Assembly (NCBI GenBank): GCA_039588275.1
Contig: JBDHAC010000081.1
Coordinates: 1 to 16,445 of the forward strand
Direction of reading: 5' to 3'
From: Gemmatimonadota bacterium
Lineage (GTDB): Bacteria; Gemmatimonadota; Gemmatimonadetes; Palauibacterales; Palauibacteraceae
DNA length: 16,445 bases
The number at the start of each line of letters is the position of its first letter. The first letter of the stretch is position 1. The position numbers and the translations under genes were made by a program. The notes beneath the pieces are model-generated. The model did no database searches. It had not been told where the DNA came from and saw nothing but the letters and a program-made list of their open reading frames with translations. Of this stretch, positions 1 through 7,530 are shown piece by piece.

Positions 1-384
1 CCCTTCACGCGCCAGTACCTGAAGGGCACGCCGTGGGACGATCCCGGGGTTTACGCGAAAACGTCACCGATTACGAACATCACAAACGCATCGACGCCGA
101 CCCTGATCCAGCACGGCGAGTTCGACCGACGAGTCCCCATACCGAACGCGTACGAGCTGTATCAGGGTTTACAGGACCAGGGCGTCGAGGCTCGGCTGAT
201 CGTCTACAAGGGCTTCGGGCACGGCATCAACAAGCCCAAGGAGCTGCTGGCCGGGGTGTGGCACAACTGGCAATGGTTCGCCAAGTACATCTGGGGCGAG
301 GACATCGAGATCCCCCTCGAGGTCGAGGAAGAGGAAGCCGGCGAGGTGACCACCGCGACGGAGGTGGGCGGGGACTCCGGGTAG
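1..384 (+). CDS. S9 family (prolyl oligopeptidase/acylaminoacyl peptidase-like) serine peptidase, C-terminal fragment (5' truncated by window)
   Basis: Hand translation of frame 1 (absent from ORF track): PFTRQYLKGTPWDDPGVYAKTSPITNITNASTPTLIQHGEFDRRVPIPNAYELYQGLQDQGVEARLIVYKGFGHGINKPKE...GDSG, TAG at 382-384. SP..., HGExDxRVP (catalytic Asp) and GHG (catalytic His) are typical of the Peptidase_S9 C-terminus. Confidence 0.9.
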   Translation, partial: PFTRQYLKGTPWDDPGVYAKTSPITNITNASTPTLIQHGEFDRRVPIPNAYELYQGLQDQGVEARLIVYKGFGHGINKPKELLAGVWHNWQWFAKYIWGEDIEIPLEVEEEEAGEVTTATEVGGDSG

Positions 385-436
385 CGGCGAGCCGGCGCAC
401 GCCGAGCCCACGCGAGACAAAGCGCCGGAAGCCGCT
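383..436. terminator. GC-rich interrupted inverted repeat between convergent genes, possible terminator
   Basis: AGCGGC(383-388)/GCCGCT(431-436) and CCGGCGC(392-398)/GCGCCGG(422-428) can pair. Large loop and no good U-tract. Confidence 0.3.
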
Positions 437-999
437 CAGCCGGCGCCGGCGGCCAGTATGTCGCGGATGATCTTGTCGTGGTGGGCATGATGAATGTCGG
501 CGAAGCGTAGCCACCGCGCCGGCGTGAAACGGCCCAACACCGGGTGTTGAAGAGTGAGCGGCACGGTATCCACTTCACCCAGCCGGGGCTCGAGGGCCTT
601 TACCTGGGCCTGGATCTCGTGAAAACCGGCCTGGATCTCCGGAACCGAGAGTCCCCTCGGGCAGCTCCGCTCCGGAGCGCGACCTCGCCCGCGGGGAATG
701 AATCCCGTGGACAGGACGACGTAGCCCAACGCGCTGGGCTTGCCCCCCGGGTCCGCTCCCTCGGGCGTCTCCCCGCCGGACTCGGATGCCTCTCCATCCA
801 CGGCGGATTCGATCCAACCGACAATCCAACGATCCGCATGCAACAGGTGCTCGAGGTGGTTCGCCACGCTCCAACCGGATATGGATGGAGCGCAGGCCTC
901 GCAGGCTCGTGCGTCCTCGGCGAGCGCGATGCAGGCGTCGATCGATTTCCGCACACCCTCTTGAGATCGGATAGTCCTGGCCGACGTGGTTGTGCCCAT
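436..999 (-). CDS. DinB/YfiT-like (DinB_2/DUF1569-like) four-helix metal-binding protein
   Basis: WSVANHLEHL ... HPVLGRFTPARWLRFADIHHAHH is the DinB-superfamily His pattern. ATG at 999 (MGTTTS) has GAGGA upstream on the minus strand, so it is preferred over the ORF-track start at 1128. Confidence 0.8.
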   Translation of the reverse strand: MGTTTSARTIRSQEGVRKSIDACIALAEDARACEACAPSISGWSVANHLEHLLHADRWIVGWIESAVDGEASESGGETPEGADPGGKPSALGYVVLSTGFIPRGRGRAPERSCPRGLSVPEIQAGFHEIQAQVKALEPRLGEVDTVPLTLQHPVLGRFTPARWLRFADIHHAHHDKIIRDILAAGAG

Positions 1000-1219
1000 G
1001 TCCAGTTCCTCGTGGTGGGAAGAGGTCGGCGTTGAAGGTAGGGCGGTGCGCCGCGTTCCTGCCACGCGTGGGAAGGCGTTGCCACCGTCCGGCGCCGGCA
1101 TAGCTTTCCATCCCTGCCGTAGATGCACGCCGACCGCTCACCTGTCGAGGAGCTCACGCCGCGGGAGAGTACCGGATGACGAACGAGAGTCAGGACCAGG
1201 ATCGGGCGTGGGAGCACCG

Positions 1220-2176
1220 GTGAGCGCCGCGCCCTCTCTGACCCAGATCCAGACCGCCCGCGAACGGATCGCCGACCTCGTCGTACGCACGCCTCTGGTG
1301 CGCGTGCACCTCGATGATGCTCCCGCCGACATCTATCTGAAGCTCGAGAACCTGCAACCGATCGGGTCGTTCAAGATCCGCGGGGCGAGCAACGTCATGG
1401 CTCTGACTGACCCGGACGAGCTCGCCCGGGGCGTTTGGACCGCGAGCGCCGGAAACATGGCTCAAGGCGTCGCCTGGGGTGCGCGTCGATTCGGTGTGCC
1501 CTGCTGTGTGGTGGTCCCGGAGACCGCTCCGCGGACCAAGCTCGAGGCGATCGAGCGTCTAGGCGGACGAGTGGTGAAGACATCGGTCGCCGAGTGGTTC
1601 GACGTGTTTCGGACGCACGAGTTTCCCGGGATGGAAGGGCTCTTCATCCACGCGTTCAGCGACACGGCGGTCATGGCGGGGAATGGCACCATCGGGCTGG
1701 AAATCCTCGAGGATCTGCCCGAGGTGCGATCGGTCGTCATCCCCTTCGGTGGGGGCGGTCTGAGCTGTGGCATCGCGGCCGCGCTCCGCGCCCTGGCGCC
1801 CGAAGCTCGCGTCTTCGCGTCGGAAGTGACCGGCGCCGCGCCGCTCGCTGAATCGCTGACGGCCGGCCATCCCGTCGAGATCGACTATACGCCGAGCTTT
1901 GTGGATGGGATCGGCGGGCCATGGGTCTCTCCCGAGATGTGGGAGCTGGCGGAAGAGCTGCTGGATGGCTCGCTCACGGTGAACCTGGAGCAGGTCGCGG
2001 AAGCGGTCCGACTGTTGGCCACGCGCAGTCGCATCATCGCGGAAGGGGCAGGCGCGTCATCCCTGGCGGCGGCCCTGGATGGGGGAGCGGGCCCCGGCCC
2101 CATCGTCTGCATCGTTTCGGGCGGAAACATCGATGCGAGGACCCTGGCGACGATCCTGCGGGGCGAGGTCCCATGA
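1220..2176 (+). CDS. PLP-dependent threonine/serine dehydratase family enzyme (fold type II, no regulatory domain)
   Basis: KLENLQPIGSFKIRGA (PLP Lys), SAGN, GNGTIGLEI, PFGGGGL phosphate loop, EGAGA, SGGN. GTG at 1220 follows GGAG. About 318 aa. Confidence 0.9.
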   Translation: MSAAPSLTQIQTARERIADLVVRTPLVRVHLDDAPADIYLKLENLQPIGSFKIRGASNVMALTDPDELARGVWTASAGNMAQGVAWGARRFGVPCCVVVPETAPRTKLEAIERLGGRVVKTSVAEWFDVFRTHEFPGMEGLFIHAFSDTAVMAGNGTIGLEILEDLPEVRSVVIPFGGGGLSCGIAAALRALAPEARVFASEVTGAAPLAESLTAGHPVEIDYTPSFVDGIGGPWVSPEMWELAEELLDGSLTVNLEQVAEAVRLLATRSRIIAEGAGASSLAAALDGGAGPGPIVCIVSGGNIDARTLATILRGEVP

Positions 2177-2601
2177 TGGGTGCGGTCGCGACCTGGAAGT
2201 CGTACGTGCTGCTCGGCGCGCTCCTGACCTCGGAGTGTGCGTTCCTCCTGAGCCCCGCGACCGGTGACATCCGGTTGTTCGTGATCGGAGAGCCCGGCTC
2301 TGGGGGTGGCACGCTCGTGATCCGTCTGGACAACGAATCTGACCGGGCCCTCACGTACAACCTGTGCTTCAGCACGGTGGAGCGGTGGTCCGTTGATCAT
2401 TGGGAAGCTGCCCAGGTGGGACCCGCGGGCGGCGTATGCCCCACGACCCGGCGTCGCCTCGAAGCGGGTGCATCGGCGGACGGGTTCTTTGCCCTCGCGG
2501 AGTCTCTGACCGCCGGGACCTACCGGCTCGCGACGAGCGCCCGGTTCGATGACGAGAGCCGCAGCTTCCGGGTGACGACGCCCGACTTCACCCTCGACTA
2601 G
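2173..2601 (+). CDS. Hypothetical exported protein with probable Ig-like beta-sandwich
   Basis: ATGA overlap with upstream stop. Hydrophobic N-terminus (KSYVLLGALLTSEC), then beta-rich pattern LVIRLDNES..YNLC..VE.W..W..C...LEAG...GTYRL. Confidence 0.65.
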   Translation: MMGAVATWKSYVLLGALLTSECAFLLSPATGDIRLFVIGEPGSGGGTLVIRLDNESDRALTYNLCFSTVERWSVDHWEAAQVGPAGGVCPTTRRRLEAGASADGFFALAESLTAGTYRLATSARFDDESRSFRVTTPDFTLD

Positions 2602-2619
2602 AGCCTCGGCGTCGGGGGA

Positions 2620-2650
2620 TTGACGAAACCCGCGCCGTGTGGCGTACCTT
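2620..2650 (+). promoter_or_regulatory. Possible sigma70-type promoter for the 2703 gene
   Basis: TTGACG (2620-2625) and TACCTT (2645-2650), 19-bp spacer (longer than optimal). Confidence 0.3.
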
Positions 2651-2686
2651 GCATCGCATGCCGAACCTTGCATCGCTTCCGAACCT
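2646..2686 (+). repeat. Short tandem duplication (19/18 bp)
   Basis: ACCTTGCATCGCATGCCGA (2646-2664), ACCTTGCATCGCTTCCGA (2665-2682), then ACCT. Confidence 0.85.
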
Positions 2687-2702
2687 CAACCTGCGAGGCG
2701 CC

Positions 2703-3263
2703 ATGGTTACGATCGCATCCCTGTGGCTCCCCATCTTGCTTGCCGCCGTCCTCGTGTTCGCCGCGAGCGCCCTCATCTGGATGGTGCTGCCGTACCACCG
2801 CTCCGATTTCAAGGAGCTCCCGGATGAGGCCTCCGTCCTCGACGCGTTGAGAGGCCAGAACCTCACGCCCGGCCAGTACGACTTTCCGCACATCGCGTCG
2901 CACGACGAGCTGAAGAAACCCGAGGTCCAGCAGCGGTTCGCCGACGGACCGATCGGGTTCTTCACCATGAAGGGCCCCGGGGTGCCCCCCATGGGGAAGG
3001 CCATGGCGCTGTCCTTCATCTACTACATCGTGATCGGCGCAGCCGTGGCCTACCTGGCGAGCCGAACGCTGGCGCCGGGTGCCGAGTACCTGGCCGTGTT
3101 TCGCGTGACGGGGACGATCGCGTGGTATGCCTACGGGTTGGGCGTCGTGCCGGAGGCGATCTGGTTCGGGCGCCCCTGGAGCGGTGTGGGGAAGCACCTG
3201 CTGGACGCCTTCATCTACGCCTGCTTGACGGCGGGGGCCTTCGCGTGGTTGTGGCCGGCATGA
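2703..3263 (+). CDS. Hypothetical integral membrane protein (about 4 TM helices)
   Basis: MVTIASLWLPILLAAVLVFAASALIWMVLPYHRSD, a soluble loop with PGQYDFP, then three more hydrophobic segments ending FAWLWPA. GAGG upstream of ATG 2703. Confidence 0.8.
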   Translation: MVTIASLWLPILLAAVLVFAASALIWMVLPYHRSDFKELPDEASVLDALRGQNLTPGQYDFPHIASHDELKKPEVQQRFADGPIGFFTMKGPGVPPMGKAMALSFIYYIVIGAAVAYLASRTLAPGAEYLAVFRVTGTIAWYAYGLGVVPEAIWFGRPWSGVGKHLLDAFIYACLTAGAFAWLWPA

Positions 3264-3405
3264 ACGGTGCGTGACCGGTAGGTGTTGATCTGACACGTCA
3301 CTACGGGGCCCGTTGACACAACGGTCCGCCGGGTTCCGTAGAGTCAACTGAGCCGCCGGAGCGTCACTGCCGCTCGGCTGCCGCCGCGCGCGGGAAGGAG
3401 CGCAC

Positions 3406-3624
3406 ATGTTCGGGATCTTTGAACTTTTCTGGATGCTCGGAATGATGACATTCGGCGTGTTGGGGACCGCGTTTTGGATCTGGATGTTGATCGACTGCGC
3501 GAAGAACGAGCCTCGCAAGGGGAACGACCGCATCGTGTGGATCCTGGTCATCGCCCTGACGCATTGGATCGGTGCCGCGATCTACTTTTTCGTGCGTCGT
3601 CCCGAACGAATGCGCGAGGGCTGA
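3406..3624 (+). CDS. Small membrane protein, PLDc N-terminal domain-like
   Basis: FWIWMLIDCAKNEP..DRIVWILVIALTHWIGAAIYFFVRRP matches the PLDc_N two-helix pattern. AAGGAG RBS upstream. Confidence 0.85.
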   Translation: MFGIFELFWMLGMMTFGVLGTAFWIWMLIDCAKNEPRKGNDRIVWILVIALTHWIGAAIYFFVRRPERMREG

Positions 3625-3889
3625 TCCTCCCGATCCCATCTCAGCTCGCGTGACCCCTGGCGGGATCTTCGCAGAAAGGGGGAGCGAGCCTATACCCCAG
3701 TAACGCTCATCCTGCTTACCGAGCTTCTCTCGCTGCTGATCCGGTCTGGTTCATCGCGGTTCGCCGAGAGCGGGACAGGTAAGCTCGCCGTCCGAGCAGC
3801 GTCCCCCACGATGCGATATCATTCCGGCTTCCCGGTTGCCCCGGGGCATCGGCCTCACTGTCCACACCCCGTTGACTGGAGATGGAATC

Positions 3890-4549
3890 GTGGTCGGACG
3901 TACACACAGGGCGCTGCTGGCGCTCGCACTCGCAGCCGTAGCACTTCCCGTGCTTACCACGGGCCTCGACGCTCAACAGGATGAGGGAGGACCGCCCGAG
4001 GGTTGGGTGATTCGCCTCGACCGACCGGGCAGCGGACAGACCCCCGATCTTCAGGACATGCCGCCCGGCTGGCACATCACGACCGGACCGGCCGGCATCC
4101 TGTACCATCCCGAGACTACGGCCAGCGGCGCGTTTCGCGTGGAGTCCGAGTCTTTCCTGTTCGATCCGGGTCGGCGGAACGAGGCGTACGGGATCTTCAT
4201 CGGGGGAACGGACCTGGATGGTGATGGCCAGGCGTACACGTACTTCCTGATTCGCCGCGACGGCAGCTACCTGGTGAAGCGCCGCGACGGCTCGGGCACG
4301 AGCAACCTCCAGGGTTGGACGATGCACGAGGCCGTCACGACCTGGGAGGGTCGCCCCGAGGGCGAGTCCACCGCCAAGAACACGCTCGCGATCGAGGCGG
4401 GGACCGAGGAGCTCGTCTTCTTCGTGAACGATCAGGAAGTGTTCCGGGCAGCGCGGGAGGGCCAGCACGTGGATGGGATCGTCGGGCTTCGCGTGAATCA
4501 CGGATTGAACATCCACGTCTCGTCGCTCGACGTTACCCCGATCGACTGA
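3890..4549 (+). CDS. Secreted hypothetical protein, beta-sandwich (ConA-like/DUF1080-like by pattern)
   Basis: GTG 3890 after GGAGA. Signal peptide (RTHRALLALALAAVALPVLTTGLDA|QQ). All-beta pattern EAYGIFIGG, YTYFLIRRDGSYLVKRR, NTLAI, FFVNDQEV, GIVGLRVNH. Confidence 0.75.
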   Translation: MVGRTHRALLALALAAVALPVLTTGLDAQQDEGGPPEGWVIRLDRPGSGQTPDLQDMPPGWHITTGPAGILYHPETTASGAFRVESESFLFDPGRRNEAYGIFIGGTDLDGDGQAYTYFLIRRDGSYLVKRRDGSGTSNLQGWTMHEAVTTWEGRPEGESTAKNTLAIEAGTEELVFFVNDQEVFRAAREGQHVDGIVGLRVNHGLNIHVSSLDVTPID

Positions 4550-4561
4550 CCAGGAGTTGAT

Positions 4562-5038
4562 GTGACCGAGATCGAGCGCCTTCAGGACCAGCTTCGGCGC
4601 GGCTACGAGGGGGAGGCCTGGCACGGCCCTGCGCTCCGCGAATTGCTCGCGGACGTGGACGCCGAGACCGCGGCGGCCCGCCCGATCGCGGATGCGCATA
4701 CGATCTGGGAGCTCGTGCTCCACATCACGGCATGGCAGGATGCCGCGAGGCGCCGGCTGGAGGGCGAGCCGGCGCGCCTCTCCGATGAGGAGGATTGGCC
4801 GCCCGTGCTCGACGTCGGCGACGAGGCGTGGAGCGATACGCTCGCGGCCATGGAGGTGACGCACAGGAGACTGACCGAAGCCGTGGGCGGGCTGGCGGAG
4901 TCGGATCTGAACGATCAGGTGAACGAGCAGGAGTACTCCGCCTACGAGCTGTTGCACGGCGTCGTGCAGCACGACCTCTATCATGCGGGTCAGATCGCGC
5001 TGCTGAAGAAGGTGGCGGGGGCGACGACGCATGAGTGA
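4562..5038 (+). CDS. DinB family protein
   Basis: AWHGPAL, HTIWELVLHI, HGVVQHDLYHAGQI DinB His motifs. AGGAG RBS before GTG. Confidence 0.88.
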   Translation: MTEIERLQDQLRRGYEGEAWHGPALRELLADVDAETAAARPIADAHTIWELVLHITAWQDAARRRLEGEPARLSDEEDWPPVLDVGDEAWSDTLAAMEVTHRRLTEAVGGLAESDLNDQVNEQEYSAYELLHGVVQHDLYHAGQIALLKKVAGATTHE

Positions 5039-5109
5039 CGTCGAGCTGCGTCCGGCGTGAGGTCGCGGGTCACGAGCCGGGTGATCGCGTAAGGGGAGCC
5101 AGCCGTCAC

Positions 5110-5541
5110 ATGGGGCGAGTCGAAGCCATCTGGGTCAAACCCGGCGCACGGGAGCCGATGGAGCCCGTGTCGTCGGCGACTCTCGTCGCCGGAAGAGGTA
5201 TCGAGGACAACGCCGACCAATCCGGAAGGCGTCAGGTGACGATCGTGGACCGCTCCGCGTGGAACCGGGCGACGGCCGAAGTCGGCATGGATGTCGATCC
5301 ATCCGCTCGGCGCGCCAACGTGCTCGTTAGCGGAATCGAGCTGGAGGACAGCGGGGGCCGGGTGATGCGTCTGGGGGCGTGTCGCATCGAGATCCACGGT
5401 GAGACGAAGCCCTGTGGTCGCATGGACGAGGCGCAGCCCGGATTGCGGGCGGCGCTCACGCCAGAATGGCGCGCCGGTGCATACGGCGTCGTGCTGACGG
5501 GCGGCCCTTTGTCGCTCGGGGACGAGGTCGCGTGGGAGTAG
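5110..5541 (+). CDS. MOSC domain protein
   Basis: GRVEAIWVK, GRGIEDN, RRQVTIV, ARRANVLVSG, GETKPCGRMD (conserved Cys), G..GD.V. ATG 5110 with GGGGAG upstream. GTG 5035 is an alternative start. Confidence 0.88.
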   Translation: MGRVEAIWVKPGAREPMEPVSSATLVAGRGIEDNADQSGRRQVTIVDRSAWNRATAEVGMDVDPSARRANVLVSGIELEDSGGRVMRLGACRIEIHGETKPCGRMDEAQPGLRAALTPEWRAGAYGVVLTGGPLSLGDEVAWE

Positions 5542-6515
5542 CCCAAGCGCGGGCGGGAAGGCGTCGGCCATTCAGTAGCCTGCTGGTCGCCCTCGGACTC
5601 GCGGGGTGCGACGTCGACCGGGTCGAGTTCCGTCCCCCGATCGAGGAAGGCGCACACGCCGTGTGGGGGGCCGAGCTTTACTACAAGACCATCGGCGTCG
5701 GGGAGCCGCTCGTCGTGGTCCACGGTGGCCCCGGGATGGAGCACTCCTACCTGCTACCCGGGCTGGAGCCCCTCGGGCAGACGTTCCGGCTCATCCTGTA
5801 TGATCAACGTGGTCTCGGTCGCTCGACCGGTGACCTCGACTCCGCCTCCATATCGATGGACCGATACGTGGCCGACCTGGACGCCGTGCGAGAGTTGGCC
5901 GGCGTCGAGCGGGTGAACCTCCTCGCTCACTCGTGGGGTGGCCTGCTCGCCCTCATGTACGCGCTCGAGCACCCGGAGCGGTTAGGCGCGCTCATACTCA
6001 TGAGCCCGGTGGAGCCGGGACAGCGGTACGCTCAGGAGACCCAGGCGAGGCAGCAGGCTCGCCGCGCACCTGAGGACGCCGCGGCAATCGACTCACTGGT
6101 GCGCACCGAGGGCTTCGAACGGGGTGATCAAGAGGCGCTGAACCGGCTCTTCCACCATGTCTTCCGCGGCACGTTCGCGCACCCGGACGACGCGGACTCG
6201 CTCCGGCTGGCCTTCACCGAGCGGACGGCGAGGCAGGGCAGGGACGTGACGGCGCTTCTCATGGGGCCGCTTGAGAACCTCGATCTATGGGACGAGCTTC
6301 CCCAGGTGATGGTTCCGATCCTGGTCGTGCACGGCGACCAGGATCCGATACCCGTCGCGATGGTCACGGAGATGGTGGACCGTCTTCCGGATGCCCGGTT
6401 GGAAGTCCTGAGCGATGTGGGTCACTTCCCGTTCATCGAGTCCCCGGGCCCACTATTCGGTGCGATCCAGCGGTTCCTGGATGAGCAGCAGCCTGGCGCG
6501 AGGGCTCCCGACTAG
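5532..6515 (+). CDS. Alpha/beta hydrolase, proline iminopeptidase-like, with lipoprotein signal
   Basis: HGGPG oxyanion motif, YDQRGLGRS, AHSWGG nucleophile, HGDQD acid, VGHFPF His. N-terminal RRRPFSSLLVALGLAGC lipobox. GTG 5532 follows GAGG and overlaps the MOSC 3' end. Confidence 0.85.
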   Translation: MGVAQARAGRRRPFSSLLVALGLAGCDVDRVEFRPPIEEGAHAVWGAELYYKTIGVGEPLVVVHGGPGMEHSYLLPGLEPLGQTFRLILYDQRGLGRSTGDLDSASISMDRYVADLDAVRELAGVERVNLLAHSWGGLLALMYALEHPERLGALILMSPVEPGQRYAQETQARQQARRAPEDAAAIDSLVRTEGFERGDQEALNRLFHHVFRGTFAHPDDADSLRLAFTERTARQGRDVTALLMGPLENLDLWDELPQVMVPILVVHGDQDPIPVAMVTEMVDRLPDARLEVLSDVGHFPFIESPGPLFGAIQRFLDEQQPGARAPD

Positions 6516-6545
6516 AGCGCCGCCGGGCCCCTCTCGAAAACCGGG

Positions 6546-7394
6546 CTAACCCTTGGACTCGCCGCGCTTGGCCTCGTCCCAGAGCTCGTCGAGCTCCTCC
6601 AGAGACGCGGATCGCCACTCGACGCCGCGCTCGACGCCGAGCACGACCATCGCGCGACACCGGCGCTCGAACTTTCGCACCGCCCGGAGCAGCGCGTTCG
6701 ATGGGTGCGTGCCTGCCAGTCGGGCCGCGTTGACGACCGCGAAGAGGAGATCTCCGATCTCCTCTTCGACGCGCTCTGCGTCCGATCCGTCCGCAGGCTC
6801 CTCGATCGCCGTCTCGAGCTCCAGGGTCTCCTCCCTGACCTTCTCGAGTGGCCCCGACACGTCCGGCCAGTCGAATCCCAGAGCAGCCATGCGCTCCTGC
6901 ACGCGCATCGCGCGACTGAGCGGTTCGAGCCCGAGCGGAACACCCTCGAACGGGTCGTCGTCTCCGGCCGGATCGGCGCCTCCAGCGTCCGACGCACGTT
7001 CGTGGGCCTTCAGTGCCTCCCAATCCGGGGGGGCCTCCGCCTCGCCGTATACGTGGGGGTGGCGCGCCTCCATCTTGGCCTCGAGTCGCCTTATGACGTC
7101 TTCCGCGTCGAACGACCCGCGCTCCTCGGCGAGCGCGATTTGGAACGCTACGTTGAGTAGGAGATCGCCGAGTTCGGCGGCCAGCGCGTCATCGTTTCGG
7201 GCGGAGATCGCCTCTGCAACTTCGTGCGCCTCTTCGAGTAGATACGGGCGCAGACTCTGGGGATCCTGCCCCGCGTCCCAGGGACACCGCTCCCGGAGAA
7301 AGCGGACGAGCGCGACGGCCCGCCCGAGAGACGCGTCGGTCTCGCGGCCAGACGCCTGGTGCGCCGGTGCGGACAGGTCGTGAGGCTCGTGCAA
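6546..7394 (-). CDS. mazG: Nucleoside triphosphate pyrophosphohydrolase MazG (tandem domain)
   Basis: LRERCPWDAGQ, YLLEEAHEV, ELGDLL, RHPHVYG, WEALK, GFDWPD, KVREETLEL, EEEIGDLLFAVVN, KFERR. Start uncertain: TTG 7394 (GGAG upstream) chosen; ORF extends to 7463. Confidence 0.93.
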   Translation of the reverse strand: MHEPHDLSAPAHQASGRETDASLGRAVALVRFLRERCPWDAGQDPQSLRPYLLEEAHEVAEAISARNDDALAAELGDLLLNVAFQIALAEERGSFDAEDVIRRLEAKMEARHPHVYGEAEAPPDWEALKAHERASDAGGADPAGDDDPFEGVPLGLEPLSRAMRVQERMAALGFDWPDVSGPLEKVREETLELETAIEEPADGSDAERVEEEIGDLLFAVVNAARLAGTHPSNALLRAVRKFERRCRAMVVLGVERGVEWRSASLEELDELWDEAKRGESKG

Positions 7395-7466
7395 TCGCGT
7401 CTGCTCCCGGGGATAATCGAGCCGGGAACGTACGCCACGGCTTCCGGATTTCCAACGGCGCACAGG

Positions 7467-7475
7467 TGCTAGACT
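7467..7475 (+). promoter_or_regulatory. Possible extended -10 promoter (TGnTAGACT) for the alr operon
   Basis: TGCTAGACT about 55 bp upstream of the alr start. No convincing -35. Confidence 0.35.
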
Positions 7476-7530
7476 GTCGGGGAATGACCGGTGCGGAGCG
7501 GATCAGGAGGACGATGAGAGGGGCCACGCT

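Noticed and set aside
33..470. ORF-track 145-aa plus-strand ORF
   Set aside because: Alternate frame of the S9 peptidase C-terminus in frame 1.
1062..1071. Perfect palindrome CCACGCGTGG in the divergent DinB/dehydratase gap
   Set aside because: A 10-bp GC-rich palindrome is expected by chance in a window this size. No supporting promoter elements.
2167..2178. Identical 12-mer GGTCCCATGATG at two gene junctions (2167-2178 and 10362-10373)
   Set aside because: Both are VP-stop/MM-start overlaps constrained by ATGA coupling. No other shared sequence, so most likely coincidence.
3313..3344. TTGACA...TAGAGT as a canonical sigma70 promoter
   Set aside because: Spacer is 20 bp, too long to call with confidence.
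3714..3784. Minus strand reads GGCGAACCGCG...CCAGACCGGATCAGCAGC, reminiscent of small SRP RNA
   Set aside because: The conserved helix-8 CAGG-NNN-GNRA-NNN-AGCAG stem and tetraloop cannot be formed. Resemblance is only partial.
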